The notes under the pieces are model-generated. The model saw nothing but the letters and a program-made list of their open reading frames with translations. It searched no databases and was not told the origin of the DNA. Below are positions 37,601-46,600 of a stretch of 64,000 nucleotides of DNA, in pieces. Both the position numbers and the translations under genes were made by a program. The DNA lies in assembly GCF_004010195.1 (NCBI RefSeq), contig NC_057743.1, forward strand, positions 26,277,377 to 26,341,376, in the 5' to 3' direction. Numbering within the stretch: position 1 is the first letter of the stretch; each line of letters starts with the position of its first letter. The stretch is from Chiloscyllium plagiosum (Eukaryota).

Positions 37601-40600
37601 TAGTTCAGATGAGGTGATGGTGAAATACAGATTAGCTAGGAAAGATTTAAAGAGAGAGAGTTAAGAAGAGCAAGGAGAGGATTTGAGCAGTCTTTAGCAG
37701 GTAGAATAAAGGAGAACCCTAAATCTTTCTATAGATTCTATAGTGAGGAACAAAAGGATGACTAGGGTAGGAATAGGGTCAGTCAAAGACAGAAGTGGAA
37801 ATTGTGTGTGGACCCTATGGAGGTCAGAGAGGTTTTAAGTGAATATTTTTCAATCGGTTTTCACTCAGGAAAAGCAGAATATTGTAGAGGAGAAGAATGA
37901 TATACAAGATATTAGAGTAGAAAGGATCAAGGTTAGTAAGGAAGAGCTGACAACAATTCTAGAAGGAGTGAAAGTAGACAAGTCCCCTGGGCCGGATGGG
38001 ATTTATCTGAGGATTCTCTGGGAAGCTAGGGAGGAGATGTTGCAGCATTTGGCTTTGATCTTTGAGTCATCATTGTCTACAGGTTTAGTACCAGAGGACT
38101 GGAGGATTGCAAATATTGTGCCCTTGTTCAAGAAGGGCAATAGAGATGACCCAGGTAATTATAGAGCAGTGAGTCTTACATCTGTTGGAGGAAAAGTTTT
38201 GGAAAGGATTATGAGAGATAGGATTTATAGTCATCTTGCACGCAATCATTTGATTGCAGATAGTCAACATGGTTTTGTCAAGGGCAGGTCATGTCTCACA
38301 AACCTCACTGAGTTTTTTTGAGAAGGTGACCAAGCATGTGGATGAGGGTAGGGCAGTTGACGTGGTGTACATGGACTTCAGTAAAGCCTTTGATAAGCTT
38401 CCACATGGTAGGCATTTGGAGAAAATGGGGGTCTAGATTAGAGTTGTGCTGGAAAAGCACAGCAGTTCAGGTAGCATCCGAGGAGCAGTAAAATCGACGT
38501 TTCGGGCATAAGCCCTTCATCAGGAATACAGGCAGAGAGCCTGAAGGGTGGAGAAAATGCAGAGGCATGGGATGGAGGAAGATTTAGCAGTCTGGATTAG
38601 AAACGAGCTTTCTGGAAAAAGGCAGTGAGTGGTGTTTGATGGAAAACATTCAGCCTGGAGTCTGGTTACTAGTGCTGTGCCACAAGGATGTGTTTTGGGA
38701 CCACCGCTGTTTGTCATTTTTATAAATGACTTGGACACAGGCATAGGTAGATGGATTAGTAAGTTTGCAGATGACACTAAACTTGGTGGAGTAGTGGATG
38801 TGTGGAAGAATGTTGCAGATTGCAGAGGGACTTGGATAAACTGTAGAATTGGGCTGAGAGGTGGCAAATGGAGTTCAAGGCAGATAAATGTGAGGTGATT
38901 CGCTTTGGTAAGAATAACAGGATGGTACTGGGTCAATGGAAAGATTCTTGGTAGTGTGGATGTGCAGAGGGATATTGGAGTCCATGTACATAGATCCTTG
39001 AAAGTTGCCACCCAGGTTGACAGTGCTGTTAAGAAGGCACACTGTGCGTTAGGTTTTATTGGTAGTGGGATTGAGTTCTGGAGCCGTAATGTCATGCTGC
39101 AGCAAAACAAAACACTAGTGCAGTCACACTTGGAATATTGTGTACCGTTCCTGAAGAAGGGCTTATGCCCGAAACGTCGATTCTCCTGTTCCTTGGATGC
39201 TGCCTGACCTGCTGTGCTTTTCCAGCAATATATTTTCAGCTACCGTTCTGGTTGCCCATTACATGAAGGATGTGGAAGCATTGGAAAAGGTGCAGAGGAG
39301 ATTTACCAGAATGTTGCCTGGTCTAGAGAGAAGATCTTATGAGGAAAGGCTGAGAGAAAAGAAGGCTCAGAGGGGATTTGATAGAACCATACAAGATGAT
39401 CAGAGGATTAGATAGGGTAGACAGTGAAAGTCTCTTTCTTAGGATGATGATGTCAGCTTGTACGAGGAGGGCATAGCTACAAATGGAGGGGTGATAGATT
39501 TAAGACAGATGTCAGAGGAAGATTCTTTACTCAGAGTGTGGTAAAGGCATGGAATGCCCTGCCTGCCAATGTAGTTCACTCAGCCACATTAGTGATATTT
39601 AAACAATCCTTAGATATGATGGGATAGTGTAGGGGATGGGCTTAGATTAGTTCACGGGTCGGCATAACATCGAGGGCCAAAGGGCCTGTCTGTGCTGTTA
39701 TGTTCTATGTATAAACAAAGTACAATGCCTTTCTCCTCAATAAGACAATCCAGCCAAGACATATATTTGGCACTCGGGTAGGGGCAAAGAGAGACAGGGC
39801 CAGCCATTAGAGGCATCATTTATTATAATCAGGATCGAATCCAGTTATTTACCAATCTCAGTTTTCAAATATTAGTGCTTGTAGAATTGTGGCAGGCACC
39901 CAAAATAGTTTATAGTGATTAGATATCAAAAGCAAAAAAGAACCCCAGAGATTGTTCACACTATATTTTTGAGTGACAAATAATATATTTTCTAAAACCT
40001 GAGAAACAATATATCCATTCTTCAAAGGCTGTTTCTACTTGAAAGAATGATCTCAAGAGATACACACGGTCAACAAACTAGGGTTTTTCAAATTACTTGT
40101 CTCTATAATGAGTAGTGAAGTTTCAAATGTGAAGGAGTTGATATATCAAATCATAGAATGGTTACAGCACAATTAGAGACAGTTTAGTCCATCGTGCCCA
40201 TGCAGGCTTTCTCACTTCCTTACACTTGCCCCAATGTCCTGAAAATCTTTTCAAGAGCTTATCCAAATACTTCAAAGCTCCTAACTTTATCTGCTTCAAT
40301 ACACTCAGGTGTTGCATTCCAGACTGTTGTTTTATTAATTCAGGTAATGTGGGCATCACTGGCTGGCCAGAATTTACTGTCAATCCCTGATTGCCTGCAG
40401 GGCAGTTAAAAGTCAACCATATTGTTGCAGATCTGGAGTCAAATATAGGCCAGACCAGGTAAAGACGGCAGATTTCCTTCTCTTTAGGACAGTGAACCAA
40501 ATGCTTTTTTCCCCCCACAACATTCAACATTGGTTTCATGATCATCATTAGACTCTTAATTCCACCATTAGCCATGGCAAGATTTGAACCCATGTCTTCA

Positions 40601-43600
40601 GAACACGACAGTGTCTCTGGATTAATAGTCCAGCAACAATATCATCAAGCCAAATTTAACTGATAACATCATATTATTATGTAAAATGTTTTTCCTCAGA
40701 CCCAGTTTGCTTCCTTGCCAATCATCTAAACTCAGTGTCCTTTGGTTCTCACTTCTTCTGCCAACAGGAGTAGTTTCTCTTAAGTTTACTTTGTCAAGAC
40801 CCTTCACTATTCAAGAGTTCAGATCTTGCTTACAAACAAATTTGATCAATAGTTTTAGCCCAGTGCAAAACATTTTCTGTATCTCAAATGTAACAGGAAA
40901 ACTAATGAGCAGTATCAGTGGTGCATCATTCCACGGTAAAACTAACTACAGTATTAGACTTCTGGTACACCATTTCAATCAATACATACATGTTCAGCAT
41001 GTTTGCTAAGAGGCATCAGGGATTTGCTTCCAGAAACTTGTGTTCTGACAAAAAGACAGTTAAGAGTTGGGAAGCAGCCAGAACCTCAACAGTAAGTGAA
41101 GAGGCCACGTGAAAACAGGAGTAATTAATTGAACAATTCACCCAGAATTTTGCTTTCTTCCAGTCTAAAGCAGCAGGACCTCCAGCAACAACAAATAAAA
41201 TCAGGAATTCAAAGTGTGGAGAGACACAGGTGCTGATCTATGCCCTGTCTATTTACAATGCAGTTCACTGCATTCCAATGGGCAAGCTTTCAGTAAGACA
41301 TTGGTTGAGACTTTAACTTTGACCACTAGGTTCTTCAATGAAGCCTCATCAAAGGACAGATAGGAATTTTTTTCCAAAGCTTTATTTTTGTAAACATTAT
41401 TCAAAACCATATTTTTTAAAAAAGGTCCAATGGCATTAAGTAGCATTTTGTAAAATAAAGCTGAAACTGGAATCACTGGAAGCAGGGTGCAAAATAGATC
41501 TTTCCAATTTGAACAAAAGATAAACACCCAAAACATAAATCTTTATCTAATGATGTTTAAATGACCAGAAATTACAGTTTATTTTAGAAAGATAATTCAT
41601 TGTTTGGGAAACTACTTCCTTATCTCTCATTCAACATGGTTGACACCAAGCAATATTCCCAGCCCATTTAGTCAGCACTACAAAGCACATGAAAGCAGTC
41701 TGCATCTGGATCAACTCGACCAATTAGCCTTCAGAACGACGGCCTCTTCTTCATCTACCCTACTAAAAATGAAAGCCACATTATCAGCCACACCAAGAAA
41801 GGCCAGAATACGATGCACCATTTTAGAGCAATCTTGATGATATGCATCAATACTAATACTGCAATGAAAAATCTGTCAATTAATTCTGACAGCTTGGGAG
41901 AGAAGCTAACCTATATCATTATACCTGCACCCATCACCTGACAAAAGCAAGCCAAAATAGACAAGAAACATGACAGGGAATCAAAGTTTAAAAGTAAAAT
42001 ATTGTTCGAACCTTTGATCCATACAATCATATTACATACAGTTATTAATATAAAACTAAATTAGAAGTGAAGATCCCTGAATAGGCACTTCAAGAATGAC
42101 CTTCTCTCCCTAGTTATTTGACAAATTATTTAATAATCTATTGATTATGTGATATAAGTGAACAGTTTCATTTCTCGTGAATATTGAATTCATTGAGACA
42201 GCAGATTGAATCATCCATCACAGATGAGTCCTTAAGGTCAGATGTTCAACATTTGATGAATGACAACTTACGTCTGTAGTGGTTGTACAGGGCAAGGTAC
42301 CATCTCCACCCAGATCATAACAAGCTACATCTGTCAATCCCACACTGTCAGTGTGTTATCAATAGAATATATTGGAGGGTGAATGAAATTTGTTTCCTTA
42401 CTCCTCCTCCCACCTACCTTCTCCTTCCCTTCAACTTTCACCTGGATTTGAGACCAATAGTCAACAAAGCAGCACTTCTTTGAATGAGCTGGCTCATCTG
42501 AAGGAAACACTTCAGCCAAGTGCTTTCCTGTACTCACTTGACATCAGAGCATTCAGCTGGATAGCAACCAGGAGCTGTAACTTGAGTGGATATCCTCCTT
42601 CCTCAACCAGCAGGAGCAAGACTATTGGAGCACACAATCACATCAAGGTGCACTGTCCAGGGATCTCTCTTACCCAAAGCATACAATGCACTTATAAACT
42701 GGCCAAATTAGGAAAGCTAAAGAACACATCAATAAGCTTTTACATGCAGTAATTAAGATCCTTTCTTAAAAAAAAAAGAGCTCAACAAGATTGCAACAAG
42801 GACTCAGAGCCTTGATGCTTCATGTAGCTCCAATCGTCATGTATTATATACAGACCTTCAACAAGCAAGAGGGCTCATTATTAATGGAACAGATTACCAG
42901 ACAATGTCTGACAATAGTCAATAGTTTGAATTCTGGATAGATGTTTGTTGGAGTAAGGTTTGTATAAGAAAAAGTTAAACACAAGATTGTTTGTACAGTG
43001 AACATGCAGTGGAATGGAGATTCTCTCAGTAACCCAACAGCTCAGTGCTGAATTTAATCTAGTTCATCAGACAAAAGCAAAGTTAGTCCTGCAGACATGG
43101 TTACTTGCAAGTCTATGTTTCCTTAAGGTACGAAAGAAGGAGCTAAGGATCTGAACCATACATACCTGATCTAAGAGTATTTTCTTGGACATGTACCCAA
43201 CTGAAAGCAATCAATTCCAGTTGTTGCAGAGTTTGAAATGTTCCATCTTTAAAATGGTTATTATTCACTTCATCCACAGTATTCAAAGACTGGACAAGAT
43301 TTCAGAGTAGCTATGATGTAAAAATGTTAACCCAAGAGCTGATATTCTAGTGATGACTAGAAACAAACATTTGTTGATAATAAAATGATTTTCAAAACAA
43401 AAATAAAAGTTTGATTATATGCATACCTAACTCACAAAACAGCCAAGGAGTTATCAGGCAAAGCAATCTAAAGCAATACCAATATATTTCAAGCATACCA
43501 TCACTGGATTCAATGACTTGGTACAGATATGCCCTGTCAATATTACCTCGACTGTGATTCTCTTCACTTATCCCTTAATTGCCAGAGGCAGGTTTATACT

Positions 43601-46600
43601 CCCCAATACTTTACTCTAGATTAGAGCGGTGCTGGAAAAGCACAGCAGTTCAGGCAGCATCCAAGGAGCAGGAAAATCGACGTTTTGGGCAAAAGCCTGG
43701 CCTCCATTCCTGATGAAGGTTTTTTGCCTGAAACATCGATTTTCCTGCTCCTCGGATGCTGCCTGACCTGCTGTACTTTTCCAGCACCCACTCCAATCTA
43801 GACTCTGGTTTCCAGCATCTGCAGTCCTCGCTTTTGCCTAATACTTTAGTCTATAAAAATCAATGTGCTCTTCCAGATGGAGCCGACATTTAGGACTTTT
43901 TTTTCAACTGAGTGGATATACACCAGAAGAAACATTTGATGGCTCCACTGCTACATTTTTCTGAGACCCCAGTGATTGGATTGTACTGGAGCAATTTCAA
44001 GTGCAGGGTTAGTAATTGTTTTCAGTGTATTTTCTATATTTGAAGCAAACCATGAAGCTATATGGGATGCCAATGATTTACAGTGTAACAGTTCCAATTT
44101 TTCTACTGAGAATACATTCAGTATTTTAGATTTGCTAAACTCTGACAATTATCTGTGAAATAATCAAACATTCTCCAAAAGTTCACCATTTACAATTTTT
44201 GATCTGGAAATTGCACAGCATTTCTTAAGATTCATTTTTAGATAAAATGTACAGTTGAAAACAGTCACGGCAGGCAGGGACCAAGCAGAGAACAAAGGTA
44301 AGATTGATAAATTAAACTGCATTTATTTCAATGCAAAAGGCCTAACAGGGAAGGCAGATGAACTCAGGGCATGGTTAGAAACATGGGACTGGGATATCAT
44401 AGCAATTACAGAAATATGGCTCAGGGATGGGCAGGACTGGCAGCATAATGTTCCAGGATACAAATGTTACAGGAAAGACAGAAAGGGAGACAAGAGAGGA
44501 GAGCGAGTGGCATTTTTGATAAGGGATAGCATTACAGCTGTAAAGGTGCAAAACTTGACCTACTCTTAGGAAATAAGGCAGGGCAGGTGACTGAGCTGTC
44601 AGTGGGGGAGCACTTGGGGCCAGTGACCATAATTCTATTAGATTTTTAAAAAAGTGATGGAAAAGGATAGACCAGATCTAAAAGTTGAAGTTCTAAACTG
44701 GAGAAGGGCTAATTTTGATGGTATTAGTCAAGAACTTTCAAAAGCTGACTGGGGGCAGATGTTCGCAGGTAAAGGGAAGGCTGGAAAATGGGAAGCCTTC
44801 AGAAATGAGATAACGAGAGTCCAGAATCAGAATATTCCTGCCAGGGTGAAAGGGAAGGCTGGTAGGTGTAGGGAATACTGGATGACTAAAGAAATTGAGG
44901 GTTTGTTTAAGAAAAATAAAGAAGCATATGTCAGGTATAGACAGGACAGATCGAGTGAATCCTTAGGAGAGTATAAAAGCAGTAGGAATATACGTAAGAG
45001 GGAAATCAGGAGGGTTAAAAAGGGGACATGAGATAGCTTTGGCAAATAGAGTCAAGGAGAATCCAAAGGGTTTTTACAAATACATTAAGGACAAAAGGGT
45101 AACTAGGGAGAGAATAAGTCCTCTCAAAGATTAGGAAGGCAGCCTTTGTGTGGGCTGCAGGAGATAGGGGAAGATACTAAATTTGCATTTTGCATCAGTA
45201 TTTACTGTGGAAAAGGACATGGAAGATATAGAATGTAGGGAAATAGATGGTGACACCTTGAAAAATGTCCGTATTACAGAGGAGGAAGTGTTGGATGTTT
45301 GAAACGCAGAGAAGTGGATAAATCCCCAGGACCTGATCAGGTGTATCCTAGTACTCTGTGGGAAACTAGGGAAGTGATTGATGAGCCTCTTGCTGAGATA
45401 TTTGTATCATCAATAGTCACAGGTGAGGTGCCGGAAGACTATAGTTTGGCTAACGTGGTGCCACAGTTTAAGAAGGGTGGTAAGGACAAGCCAGGGAACT
45501 ATAGACCAGTGAGCTTGAGGTTGGTAGTGGGCAGGTTGTTGGAGGGAATCCCGAAGGACAGGATGTACATATATTTGGAAAGGCAAGGGCTGATTAGGGA
45601 TAGTCAACATGGTTTTATGCATGGGAAATCATGTCTCACAAACTTGATTGAGTTTTCTTGGAAGAAGTAACAAAGAGGATTAATGAGGCAGGGCGATAGA
45701 CGTGATCTATATGGACTTCAGTAAGATGTTCAACAAGGTTCCCCATGGGAGACTGGTTGGTAAGGTTAGACCTCATGTAATACAAAGGTGAACTAGCCAT
45801 TCAGACACAGAACTGGCTGAAAGGTAGAAGACAGAGAGTGGTGGCACAGGGTTGTTTTTCAGACTGGAGGTCTGTGACCAGTGGAGTGCCACAAGGATCG
45901 GTGCTGGGTCCACTACTTTTCATCATTGATTTAAATGACTTGGGTGTGAACATAAGAGGTATAGTTAGTAAGTTTGCAGATGACACCAAAATTGGAGGTG
46001 TAGTGGACAGCAAAGGAGGTTACCTCAGATTACAACGGGACCTTGATCAAATGGGCCAATGGGCTGAGAAGTGGCAGATGGATTTTAATTTAGATAAATG
46101 TGAGGTGCTCCATTTTGGGAAAGCAACCCTTAGCAGGACTTGTACACTTAATGGTAAAGTCCTAGGGACTGTTGCTGAACAAAGAGACCTTGGAGTGCAG
46201 GTTCATAGCTCCTTGAAAGTGGAGTTGCAAGTAGATAAGATAATGAAGAAGGTGTTTGGTATGCTTTCTTTTATTGGTCAGAGTACTGAGTGAGTACAGG
46301 AGTTAGGAGGTAACGTTGCAGCTGTACAGGACATTGGTTAGGCCACTGTTGGAATATTACGTGCAATTCTGGTCTCATTCCTTTCGGAAAGATGTTGTGA
46401 AACTTGAAAGGGTTCAGCAGAGATGTACAAGGATGTTGCCAGGGTTGGAGGATTTGTGCTATAGGGAGAGGTTGAATAGGCTGGCATGTTTTCCCTGGAG
46501 CGTCGGAGGCTGTGGGATGACCTTATAGAGATTTATAAAGTCATGAACAGCCTGGATCAGATAAATAGACAAAGTCTTTTCCATGTGGTGAGGGAGTCCA

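Larger units (their letters stand above)
36720..39710 (+). mobile_element. ~3-kb CR1/HER1 LINE (ORF1 piece, EN, RT, 3' tail), pseudogenised
   Basis: [71 protein letters not shown]. Confidence 0.93.

Noticed and set aside
37839-38898. RT-like ORFs as a functional gene
   Set aside because: Fragmented by stops, frameshifts and nested inserts; dead CR1 copies. The same applies to 44255-46528 and 54655-56371.
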